Shown here: piece after piece, positions 25,861 through 37,148 of the stretch
How positions within the stretch are numbered: position 1 is the first letter of the stretch
Layout: every line of letters starts with the position of its first letter
From: Dendrobates tinctorius
Lineage: Eukaryota
Assembly (NCBI RefSeq): GCF_039654945.1
Contig: NW_027361792.1
Span: 4,092,001 to 4,156,000, forward strand
Direction of reading: 5' to 3'
DNA: 64,000 nt
Notes under the pieces: generated by a model
Seen by the model: only the letters and a program-made list of their open reading frames with translations
Database searches by the model: none
What the model was told of the DNA's origin: nothing
Translations under genes and position numbers: made by a program

Positions 25861-26748
25861 AATAACTCAATATAAACGGTCAGTAAGAATACGCACTTCC
25901 AACAATATATCAACCCAACAAAAGAGGGAAGCAAAGGAGCGTAGAAATGTAGAAGATAATAAAGTATATTTTTTAACAAAATACATATTTATAAAATATG
26001 GATTAAAAACAAAGAGATGTATCAGTGAGAGTCACAGCACCAGGGGTATAGATAATATAAGCCCCACAAATTCAAGTATATAATATAAAAAAATCAAAGG
26101 CCTGCTGGTAACAAGGAGCGGAAAAAGGTATATATAGCTATGCATATAGGGACATAGGTCGTTTACTAAAGTCAGAATAAAAATAGCAGTAATTACAACA
26201 GTAGATCACCATATAAACAGTTTTCAACAGAATATGGAAATTTCCAAAGTAATGGCACTACATCAGTCAAATACACATTGTATTACCAACTGACCAAGGT
26301 CCTTGTCTCAAAAGGCAGCAGAACCCACAAGTAAGGCTGGTTTCACATTAGCGTTTTTTAGCGCAGCACATCGTGCACGTCCTTGCACATGCGCCATGCA
26401 CCCCTATGTTTAACATGGGGGCGCATGCACAAGCCTGCGTTTAAAATTGCATGCGTTTTAAGAGTTGACATGGCTAGAAACTGGTTAAAACGCATGCGCC
26501 TAAAAAAAGCAAACGCATGCAAAACGCATGATGTGTTTTTTGCATGTGTTTCTATTGCGCATGAAGCACAGCGTTAAAAAACGCTAATGTGAAACTAGCC
26601 TAAATGTCCAAATAGTACCTGGTGCTGGGAGGTGACAAACCCCAACGCACGTTTCGTGTCAGCTTTTTCGGGGGTTGTTACACGAGCTAATGTGAGACGC
26701 TCATTGCGATTTGTCACATCCCAGCACCAGGTAATATTTGGACATTTA
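25861..26748 (-). mobile_element. Penelope-like pLTR remnant with degenerate hammerhead and inverted terminal segment
   Basis: Minus strand ACCCC-CGAAAAA-GCTGACAC-GAAACGTGCGTT-GGGGT at ~26639-26675. Inverted repeat 26602-26639 / 26710-26748. The left boundary is approximate. Confidence 0.45.
26335..26600. mobile_element. PIF/Harbinger-type MITE
   Basis: TAA TSD and TIR GGCT(G/A)GTTTCACATTAGCGTTTTT. Confidence 0.8.
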
Positions 26749-27286
26749 TCCGGTCCTTTTTTAAAAGCTTATTACGTCAAAAAATTAATGAAACCGTAGG
26801 GAAGAAAAATTTAAATTGTGAACATATTATCCCTTAAACCATATTAATTTATTAGATAAAGCTTAAAAAACACCTACCAAAAAATAAAAAAAGACCACAA
26901 TATGGACAAAAAACCTATAGAAACCCTACATTAGACCTAGTTTCACGCCTGCCTACCAGTGGAGGTTGGCGCCCTCACTCAACGTGGACTATCCCTCACT
27001 CCCCTAGATAGCCCTCTCATACACAGGTGGGAAAACAATATAGAGGAGAGAAAAGGAATGAAAAAACATCTCCCCCAATACAAAAACATTAATAAGTCTG
27101 TGTACTCTATGGCTTAAAAGCAACAATAAATATTAACATAATATCCCATAACAGTGTACACAGGAGACACTAATACATGGAACCTCCTATCTGGGCTAAA
27201 CAATCAATGGTTCAGTAATCAAAAAACACCATACAGCTACCATTAAGGACGATATTAGATAAGGTGTACACTTATCGTTAGGATAT

Positions 27287-27326
27287 GCCAAACGCGTTTC
27301 CCCATTGTCACGGTTCATCAAGAGGC
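27287..27326 (-). ncRNA. Degenerate minimal hammerhead ribozyme (Penelope pLTR type)
   Basis: Minus strand GCCTC-TTGATGA-ACCGT-GACA-ATGGG-GAAA-CGCGTT-TGGC, with palindromic helix III ACGCGT. Confidence 0.5.
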
Positions 27327-28542
27327 CTGTTTGATGGCCTACTTGATGGTATGCATCATGGCATCCGGCGTCGTGTGTGACATCCAGTGACGTGTGGCAT
27401 CACAAGAGACATCAAGTCAGCAGTTTTCCCCATGATTGTGGAGCCTACTGACACAGAAAGGGACATTTTTAAAGGCTTAGGAAGCCTTTGCGGATGTTTT
27501 TGTTAATTATTCTAATTTACTGAGATAATGACTTTTGGGTTTTCATTGGCTGTAAGCCATAATCATCAACATTAACAGAAATAAACACGTGAAATAGATC
27601 ATATGTAATAACTCTATATAAGATATGAGTTAGGTGACGACTTATTAATAGTTATGAGTCACGGCTGAATACCGCGCCAATCTGATCAATATGAAAAGCC
27701 GTCATTAGGATAGTTTAATAAAAAAGGCGTCACCACCCTCAAGTCTTTACTGGACGACAGATCAAGGTTTAGAGATTACTTCAGGCATTGTTAAAAGAAA
27801 GACGGGCGTGAATGGTGGAGCTGTGACGTCCTCACTGTCATGTTACATGTTGTCTTGTATGAGTCAATGACATCTTCAGTATCTGCCACAAGTAGACAAT
27901 ACAACCCATCTTGTTATAATGGGAGGCTTGGAAACTTTTTAATATACTGCAGTCATTTCTGCTTACCGGCAGTGAATGTAACTGTCACCCAGCGGCTGAA
28001 AATGGATCATGTCCAACTCCTACTCATGGTCAGAAGCATGACTTGAAGATTCTGGGCTGAAAGGGACCCACATCTACTCATGTCTTCTTAGAGTTGTTTA
28101 TGGGCACTCTTAGGCATGAGGGCAGGGGGTGATTTCACCTTTGTTACACCCTATATATCTGCCTTTGCTGATGATATAGAGTTGTATGCCGGCAGATAAG
28201 GTCTCTCTTGTAAGGAGCCGTGCAACTTTCTCAAATGGACATGGCTTATAGCAAGCATGCTCCTCAACATAGGTGAAGAATTGAAATGCTTTCCCTATAG
28301 GTTATAAAAAGGGAAGATAAAATGTAAAATTGCACAGTGTTTTACCATAAGCGCAAGATACAATACTTTCAAGCAATGATCTATGTATGCTAAGCATATT
28401 TGTCAACTATTTGTAAAAGTCGTCAAGGGTCTCGGAAGAAGGTGAGACTTCCCTTATTCACGGAGGAGATGGCAATTCTCCAGGAAGCCACAAAATCACA
28501 CTGCTCAGGACATGGTCAGGTTTTAATGCCCTCATATACTCA

Positions 28543-29829
28543 TGGGTCGCCCTCCCAGGGATGTGGGATACTCGGTACCGGGCCGGTATCAGTGGGATGT
28601 GTCACAGCAGCAGTGACCCGGACCGTGGCCCTGGGCGCCCAAGTAATAGGAAAATGTGAATGGTGGAATGTAGTTAGATGGATAGTTCGTGACGCCACCT
28701 GTGGTGTTCAGCAAGGGAGGTGTTAAGCCGACGCTGCATGCAGATCCGCTGGGACTGATGTTATGGTGCAGCAAAGATGTAAAAGCTCCCCACAGGTGAA
28801 GCTGTAGTTCCAGGGCAGTGTAGATGTGGTTGGCACGGGGATGTAGCAGTGCCGGAAAGGTAGGAAGCAGACAAGACACAGCGGGGTGCAATTTCTATAC
28901 CTTTACTTGATAAATGCAGTCCAGGGTCCTGATTACAGATGGTACCGGAGCAGGCTAGCCTGGAAGCAACTCAGGAATTCTCTCTCAGCAGATGGGCTGT
29001 GCAGTCTCCTTCCTAGCGCTTACTTAAGGGATCTTCAGTACTGAGTTACACTAGAGTTCCTCCTGTCAGATGTTCCCAAGAACTCTACTTGTACGGCAGA
29101 CAACTGTAGCCTGTTCCAGGGACTCCTCACTCCTAAGTCCCGGCTCACTATCCGTGTTGCTGTTGTGCCCTCAAGTCTTAGATGGGAGTATTGCATTTAC
29201 AGCCTTCTACTCCTCTGGTGTCTGCTGTAGGACCATCAGTGTCCATACAGCCGTGGAGACCAGGCTCCAGTTCATGCGCTCTTATGGGAGATGAGCTCTT
29301 CCTCTCAGCTCTATCTCAGCGCTCCTTCCACATGTCTGCACACTTCACCCTCTGCAGACTAACTACCCACTCCTTCCTCTTGGCCCTCAGAGAGCACTCC
29401 TCCCCTGAATTCCGGTTCAGAGCTCCCCCTGCTGGCCTGGAGTGGAACTGTGTTGCATACATAGATTGACTGCGAGAGAGACCCGTCATTGCCTCCAAGC
29501 CTGGCATTGCACAAGGAAAGACTAGAAGCAATGGGATGAAACTGAATGGGAGAAGACACAGATTAGATATTAGAAAAAACTTTTTGACAGTTAGAGTGAT
29601 CAATGAGTGGAACAAGCTGCCACGAGAAGTGGCGAGTTCTCCTTCAGTGGAAGTCTTCAAACAGAGGCTGGACAGACATCTGACTGGGATGATTTAGCGA
29701 ATCCTGCTTTGAGCACGGGGTTGGACCAGATGGCCCAGGAGGTCCCTTCCAACTCTACGATTCTATGATTCTACCCTCCCTGGAGGAAGGAAAAGCCACT
29801 GTGGCGGCCATACTCCTGGGGGCGCCACA
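28543..29829 (-). mobile_element. Solo LTR, same family as 3797-5682, with CR1 insertion
   Basis: TG...CA termini and TSD CTCA (28539-28542 / 29830-29833). Reverse-complement similarity to 3797-5682. Confidence 0.75.
29507..29773 (+). mobile_element. 5'-truncated CR1 LINE 3' end
   Basis: Near-identical to the 3' end of the CR1 at 34827-35090. Ends in (ATTCTRTG)-type repeats CGATTCTATGATTCTA. Confidence 0.9.
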
Positions 29830-31296
29830 CTCAAAATTGCCAATTTCAGTGACACCGGCCGAGTAATGTGTATGGAGGTCTCACTTCTCTCCCACAAAAC
29901 ATGGTACTGGGTAAAAGAAGGATCGAGCATGTTGAACTTTAAAACCTTTTGATCTCAGGGAAGATAAGCCGCTGCCTGAGGAGTGTGACAACAGTTTATT
30001 GTTCTATACTCTTTAAAAACACATTCAAACTCAGCCAAAAAGAGAGTACATATGGGCATCTTGAGGATGACGTACAGATGGTGCATGTACAATAGACAAC
30101 TCTGTGGCGTGAAATGACCACTTAAATAGTTACCTATCGGTGATCGTTAAAAAGCTGCAGACCATTCATCAGATATGCAGTGAACAAGCAATAGATTGTT
30201 CAGTGCGCATAGGCTGCCATTGTTTTCGGCAGCGTAGATCCTGTTTACATAGGATAAGAATAATGATCTTTTGTGCATAACTAAATATAATTTCTCCTGA
30301 GGAACGAGCATTTTGGAACGAGGAACGATTGTCAACCTGTTTCTACTGCACGATTATTGTGAAACAAACGTTCCTAGGAAAGCAAAATCTAAAACAGGAT
30401 CCATGAGTATAATGAGTGTTTAATACTATTGATCTTCTCTGATGGGCCAAAAGCCAAAAGAGACCATTTCACCCCCATACTACTTTATGTACTACTATCT
30501 CCTGTAATCCTTCCACCTATTAATGAACGAGTCACATCTCCCTCCATCCTCCCCAGTTATCTCACCTCCTCCGTACAAATGTTCCTCTATACACAATCCT
30601 TTTTCTCCAGACACACACGGCCGCATCATGTCCTTTCCTGCTCCCACCTTCTAAAGGCCCTTTTACATTTAGCGATGCACCAGCGATCCCGACCACGGTA
30701 CGACCCGGTCAGGATCGCTGGTGCATCGCTAAATGATCGCTAGTGAGCTGCCACACAGGTAGATTTTACAGCGATACAGCGGACGATACTTGACCTCTTT
30801 ATCACTAACAAACTCTCAGGTAGAATACTTCACCCTCATTAGTGGGTATACTTAGATAATTTGGGCTGTTTGTTAGACATGTGTCTGGACTGATCATTAG
30901 CCATTCAGTGGTAGTGTTATTTATACTATTATTCTATTATTATTTTACAAGGACTATGCAGTCCAGACATATGTATATCTACAGTACTTATGACTAATAC
31001 TGGTGCCTAAGGTTCTCTGTAACTGGAATAGAGGTGGTATATTTAGACACTTATATTGTTAAAGCACCTTCAATAATATATAGTCAGTTGCTGATTTATT
31101 TGAACCTTCAGCCATTTCTAGGTGTTCATCGTTCAGTGAGTCCCTCATGGGTTCTGTGATGAGGTTTCACGCTGTGTATCAATTCTCACAAAAAAAATGT
31201 TTCTGTTATAACTTGTTATCATAGACATAGTCATACACATGATAGTGTTTATGAAGCTACAGCTTCAATTTTAGAGGATTAGCTTGTTGGTGCAAT

Positions 31297-33132
31297 ATGG
31301 TATACAGCCCAGCACAGTATACAGCGCAGCACGGTATATAGCCCAGCACAGTATACAGCCCAGCTTAGTAAATATCCCAGCACTGTATAAATCCCAGCAC
31401 AGTATACAGCCCAGCATAGTATATAGCCCAGCACGGTATACAGCCCAGCACAGTATACAGCCCAGCACTGTATAAATCCCAGCACAGTATACAGCCCAGC
31501 ACAGTATACAGCCCAGCATAGTATACAGCCCAGCATAGTATACAGCCCAGCATGGTATACAGCCCAGCATAGTATACAGCCCAGCATAGTATACAGCCCA
31601 GCATGGTATATAGCCCAGCACAGTATACAGCACAGCATATAGCCCAGCACAGCATATAGCCCAGCACGGTATACAGCCCAGCATGGTATACAGCCCAGCA
31701 CGGTATACAGCCCAGCACGGTATACAGCCCAGCATGGTATACAGCCCAGCACGGTATACAGCCCAGCACGGTATACAGCCCAGCACGGTATACAGCCCAG
31801 CACGGTATACAGCCCAGCACGGTATACAGCCCAGCATGGTATATAGCCCAGCATGGTATATAGCCCAGCATGGTATATAGCCCAGCACGGTATACAGCCC
31901 AGCACAGTATACAGCCCAGCACTGTATAAATCCCAGCACAGTATACAGCCCAGCACAGTATACAGCCCAGCATAGTATACAGCCCAGCATAGTATACAGC
32001 CCAGCATGGTATACAGCCCAGCATAGTATACAGCCCAGCATAGTATACAGCCCAGCATAGTATACAGCCCAGCATGGTATATAGCCCAGCACAGTATACA
32101 GCACAGCATATAGCCCAGCACAGCATATAGCCCAGCATAGCATATAGCCCAGCACGGTATACAGCCCAGCATGGTATACAGCCCAGCACGGTATACAGCC
32201 CAGCACGGTATACAGCCCAGCATGGTATACAGCCCAGCACGGTATACAGCCCAGCACGGTATACAGCCCAGCACAGTATACAGCCCAGCATGGTATATAG
32301 CCCAGCATGGTATATAGCCCAGCACGGTATACAGCCCAGCACGGTATACAGCCCAGCATGGTATACAGCCCAGCATGGTATACAGCCCAGCATGGTATAC
32401 AGCCCAGCACGGTATATAGCCCAGCACGGTATACAGCCCAGCTTAGTATATAGCCCAGCACAGTATGCAGCCCAGCATAGTATATAGTCCAGCACGGTAT
32501 ACAGCCCAGCATGGTATATAGCCCAGTGCAGTATATAGCCCAGCAAAGTATATAGCCCAGCTTAGTAAATAGCCCAGCACAGTATACAGCCCAGCACAGT
32601 ATACAGCCCAGCACAGTATACAGCCCAGCACAGTATACAGCCCAGCATAGTATATAGCCCAGCATAGTATATAGCCCAGCATAGTATATAGCCCAGCATA
32701 GCATATAGCCCAGCATAGCATATAGCCCAGCACGGTATACAGCCCAGCATGGTATATAGCCCAGCATGGTATATAGCCCAGCATGGTATATAGCCCAGCA
32801 CAGTATACAGCCCAGCATAGCATATAGCCCAGCACGGTATACAGCCCAGCACGGTATACAGCCCAGCATGGTATATAGCCCAGCATGGTATATAGCCCAG
32901 CACGGTATACAGCCCAGCATGGTATATAGCCCATCACAGCATGGTATACAGCCCAGCATGGTATATAGCCCATCACAGCATGGTATACAGCCCAGCACGG
33001 TATACAGCCCAGCACGGTATACAGCCCAGCACGGTATACAGCCCCTGCACGGTACACAGCCCAGCACAGTACACAGCCCAGCACAGTACACAGCCCAGCA
33101 CAGTACACAGCCCAGCAGAGTACATAGGCAAG
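31297..33132 (+). repeat. 15-bp satellite (GTATA(C/T)AGCCCAGCA(C/T)(A/G)), left part
   Basis: Over 100 tandem 15-mers. The array resumes after the Gypsy element at 41133. Confidence 0.95.
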
Positions 33133-33826
33133 TGTTGTGAGTTCATTTTCCCCTTCACCGTTGATGTCTGATGAACTCCCTCTGCTGGTGAAGAGAGGTA
33201 GTGAAATTGATTGGGTTGAGAAGAACATGTCGTCATCTGAACAGGTGGAGCCTGATTGGACACCCAGAATCACTGAGTGGATATAAGGCAGCCGACGCCC
33301 TACCGGGGTGCTGGTGATCCTTTCTGCTCTGACCTCTTGCAACCAGTTAGTCCTGTCTACTGAAAGCTAAGTTTTTGCGCTCTTATTTTTCCATGAGATT
33401 TTGTCTGTTTGCTTCGTGTTTTGTGTTCAGCCTGCCTTTGTTGGGAAGGGCTGAGCTCCATTTTTGTCTCTGATCAGTTTATCTCTTTGCTCTGTTTTCA
33501 GAATATACCTGAGTGCTGATATAGTGATTTTGAAGTCTAGCGACTTCAGGGCCTTTTTCCCTATCAGACGGTTTGGACATTTTTGGTAGGGTTTTTTGCA
33601 GATTGCAGCCAGCATCTTTTCTGTCCTTTCCTATTTAGTTAGTTGGGCCCCATCGTTTGCTCAACCTGTCTTTCTGTCTGTGTTTTCATCTGCTTTTCAC
33701 CGACAATACATGTTGGGGGCTGTCTATTGCTTTGGGGTCTGCAATCCGACAGCTACCAACCTCTCCGGTTTTCTGGACTTAGCTTGTATTTTTGTTTTTT
33801 CCTCCTTCGGTGACTCATTCATAACA
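33133..33826 (+). repeat. 5' LTR
   Basis: Near-identical to 40510-41132 apart from a 68-bp and a 3-bp indel. TATAA at 33282. Confidence 0.95.
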
Positions 33827-33828
33827 GA

Positions 33829-33837
33829 ATCACCAGC
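33829..33837 (+). promoter_or_regulatory. Self-priming primer-binding site
   Basis: ATCACCAGC just after the 5' LTR is the exact complement of GCTGGTGAT (33310-33318), which lies 28 nt after the LTR TATA box. There is no TGG tRNA-type PBS. Confidence 0.7.
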
Positions 33838-33983
33838 CATACCGCAGATTCTAGGGTACTCAATAGCAGGAAAGAATTGTAAAAAAAAAAAAAAAAAAAG
33901 TGTCAGAATTTTTTTTTTTTTTTTGTGTGTGTATATTTTTTCCTCTATGTCTTTGAGGCCGTAGGGGGAATTTTTTCTTCTCA

Positions 33984-34721
33984 ATGGAGATGAAGCAATT
34001 GTCTAATCGTGTGGAGCAGCTCGCTGCTGAACTGCAGGGAATTTCCGCCTATCTTGCTCATTCACATGTTGCTGAGCCAAAGATCCCTACTCCTGATGTG
34101 TTTTTTGGGGATCAGTCTAAATTTCTGAACTTTAAGAATAATTGTAAATTATTTTTTGCCTTGAAGCCTAACTCATCAGGGAGCTCCGCACAGCAGGTTA
34201 AAATTGTCATCTCTTTGCTGCGCGGCGATCCTCAGGTTTGGGTGTTTTCCTTGAAACCTGATGATCCTATTCTAACTAATGTGAACGCATTTTTTCAAGC
34301 CTTGGGGCTGTTGTACGATGAACCTAATGCTATTGATCAGGCTGAAAAGGCCCTGTTGGCATTGAGCCAGGGTCAGGATTCTGCAGAGTTGTACTGTCAA
34401 AAATTACGAAAGTGGGCGGTCCTTACTACCTGGAATGATGGTGCCTTGGCAGCTCTCTTTCAGAAAGGTTTGTCAGAAACCGTAAAAGATACTATGGTGG
34501 GATTTCCTGTTCCCTCTGGTCTTGACGATTCTATGTCATTAGCCATTCAGGTTGATCAGCGTTTGCGTGAACGCAAAACTGCATGAGAGGGGTTGCCACC
34601 TGTTGAACAAATGTCTGAACCTATGCAATGTGATAGAGTTTTGTCTAGGGCGCAATGTCAGGAGTTCAGAAGGCGTAATAAGCTGTGTTTTTTCTGTGGA
34701 GATGCCTCGCATATTATTTCT
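33984..34721 (+). pseudogene. Gypsy gag (Retrotrans_gag, CCHC knuckle), premature stop at 34584 and insertion at 34722
   Basis: Motifs PDVFFGD..F..C.L.F, LSQG..SAE.Y, EPMQ and CFFCGDASHIIS|VC. The frame continues across the stop codon. Confidence 0.9.
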
Positions 34722-34826
34722 AAATATGCAAAACAGAAGCCGCGGAGACACCATCACATGTTTCTCAACGCAAGCAGTGACTAGCCAGGTCTTTCCCCGG
34801 GAAGGAACAACCACGGGAAGGGCAGT

Positions 34827-36365
34827 CATAGAATCGTAGAGTTGGAAGGGACCTCCTGGGCCATCTGGTCCAACCCCCTGCTCAAAGCAGGATTCGCTAA
34901 ATCATCCCAGTTAGATGTCTGTCCAGCCTCTGTTTGAAGACTTCCATTGAAGGAGAACTCACCACTTCTCGTGGCAGCCTGTTCCACTCATTGATCACTC
35001 TAACTGTCAAAAAGTTTTTTCTAATATCTAATCTGTGTCTCCTCCCATTCAGCTTCATCCCATTGCTTCTAGTCTTTCCTTGTGCAAATGAGAATAAAGT
35101 TGATCCTTCTACAATGTGACAGCCCTTTAGATATTTGTAGACAGCTATTAAGTCTCCTCTCAGTCTTCTCTTTTGCAAACTAAACATTCCCAAATCCTGC
35201 AACCTTTCCTCATAAGACAGGGTTTGCAGACCGGTCACCATTCTGGTCGCTCTTTTCTGAACTTGCTCCAGTTTGTTGATGTCTTTTTTAAAATGTGGTG
35301 CCCAAAATTGGACACAATATTCCAGATGAGGTCTGACCAAAGAGGAGTAGAGGGAAATAATTACTTCACGTGATCTAGACTGTATGCTTCTGTTAATACA
35401 TCCTAGAATTGCATTTGCCTTTTTTGCTGCTGCATCACACTGTTGACTCATATTCAGTCTGTGATCTATTAGTATACCCAAGTCTTTTTCACATGTGCTG
35501 TCACTTAGCCCTATTCCTCCCATTCTATATATGCTTTTTTCATTTTTATTGCCCAGATGTAGTACTTTGCATTTCTCCCTGTTAAAAACCATTCTGTTAG
35601 TTACTGCCCACTTCTCCAGTTTATTTAAATCTTTTTGAATCCTCTCTCTCTCTTCTCTAGTATTAGCTATCCCTCCTAGCTTTGTGTCATCAGCAAATTT
35701 AATCAGTTTACCCTCAATTCCTTCATCTAAATCGTTGATAAAGATGTTGAACAATACAGGGCCCAGGACAGAGCCCTGTGGTACCCCACTTGAGACATTC
35801 TTCCAACTGGATGTGCAGCCATTTACGACCACTCTTTGGGTCCGATCACTAAGCCAGTTATGAATCCACCTAACAGTTGCTTTGTCCATTCCATACTTAG
35901 TCATTTTTTCAATAAGGATTGTATGAGAGACTTTGTCAAATGCTTTGCTGAAGTCAAGATATACTATATCTACAGCATTTCCTTGATCCACCCAATCAGT
36001 AATACCATCATAGAAGGAAATTAAATTAGTCTGACATGACTTATTAGTTACAAACCCATGCTGACTCTGTTTAATCACTTCATTCTTATCCAGGTATTGA
36101 CATACATGTTGTTTAATAATTTGTTCAAAGATCTTTCCTGGTATAGAAGTCAGACTCACCGGCCTATAGTTGCCTGGGTCCACCTTCTTCCCCTTTTTGA
36201 AGATAGGAACAACATTTGCTCTTCTCCAGTCTTCTGGCACTTCTCCTGTTCTCCAAGAATTTTCAAAGATTATGGAGAGGGGTTCAAAAATTTCTTCTGC
36301 TATCTCCTTCAGTACTCTGGGGTGTAATTCATCTGGACCTGGAGACTTGAATACATTTAGGTTAG
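34827..36365 (-). mobile_element. 5'-truncated CR1 LINE
   Basis: Uninterrupted RT and C-terminus, CR1 3' UTR and TTCTACGATTCTATGA-type tail. It splits the retrozyme sequence GGCAGT|CTCCAATG. Confidence 0.95.
34897..36365 (-). CDS. CR1 ORF2 reverse transcriptase domain (5'-truncated, open)
   Basis: Motifs KSPGPDELHPRVLKE, NYRPVSLTS, YLDFSKAFD, GVPQGSVLGP and KFADD. The first residues of the listed ORF (MVSFIG) come from the flanking retrozyme. Confidence 0.85.
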
Positions 36366-36406
36366 CTCCAATGAAGGAAACCACCTATGCCAAAACATGG
36401 TATCCA

Positions 36407-36451
36407 TCCACAGACAGCTGTTTCGGGGTATTTGCCCCTCATCAGTGTGGA
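36407..36451 (-). ncRNA. Minimal type I hammerhead ribozyme, intact
   Basis: UCCACA-CUGAUGA-GGGG-CAAAUA-CCCC-GAAA-CAGCUG-UC^-UGUGGA, with palindromic helix III ACAGCUGU. Predicted GUC cleavage between 36413 and 36412. Confidence 0.9.
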
Positions 36452-36759
36452 GTAGGAAACTGGCTAGTAGGAGCAATGCCTAGTAGAAGACTGTGTAAAA
36501 TGAGGATGATTGACCGCATGGAGATCAACATCCAACACTGCGGAGACACCATCACGTGTTTCTCAACGCAGTGATTCTAGAGCACTACCCCCATACCTTA
36601 TGGGAAATATGCAAAATATGCAAAACAGAAGCCGCGGAGACACCATCACATGTTTCTCAACGCAAGCAATGACTAGCCAGGTCTTTCCCCGGGAAGGAAC
36701 AACCACGGGAAGGGCAGTCTCCAATGAAGGAAACCACCTATGTCAAAACATGGTATCCA

Positions 36760-36804
36760 TCCATAGACAGCTGTTCCGGGGTATTTGCCCCTCATCAGTG
36801 TGGA
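36760..36804 (-). ncRNA. Minimal type I hammerhead ribozyme, mutated core
   Basis: Same motif, but GAAA is changed to GGAA and helix I has a mismatch (UAUGGA). Confidence 0.8.
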
Positions 36805-37103
36805 GTAGGAAACTGGCTAGTAGGAGCAATGCCTAGTAGAAGACTGTGTAAAATGAGGATGATTGACCTCATGGAGATCAACATCCAACACTGCGGAGAC
36901 ACCATCACGTGTTTCTCAACGCAGTGATTCTAGAGCACTGCCCCCATCCCTTATGGGAAATATGCAAAACAGAAGCCGCGGAGACACCATCACATGTTTC
37001 TCAACGCAAGCAATGACTAGCCAGGTCTTTCCCCGGGAAGGAACAACCACGGGAAGGGCAGTCTCCAATGAAGGAAACCACCTATGCCAAAACATGGTAT
37101 CCA

Positions 37104-37148
37104 TCCACAGACAGCTGTTTCGGGGTATTTGCCCCTCATCAGTGTGGA
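37104..37148 (-). ncRNA. Minimal type I hammerhead ribozyme, intact
   Basis: Identical to 36407-36451. Confidence 0.9.

Noticed and set aside
26925-27005. Second HDV-like pattern on the minus strand (ACC-UCCACU-GGU ... CUAA)
   Set aside because: L3 is one base short and no P1/P2 pairing could be completed.
31297-33132. CRISPR-like appearance of regular repeats
   Set aside because: No unique spacers, no cas genes, and a eukaryotic context.
31271-33342. Long ORFs (606, 393, 382, 299 aa) with repeating CWAVY/AGLYT/MLGCI
   Set aside because: Translation of a stop-free 15-bp satellite in several frames; not genes.
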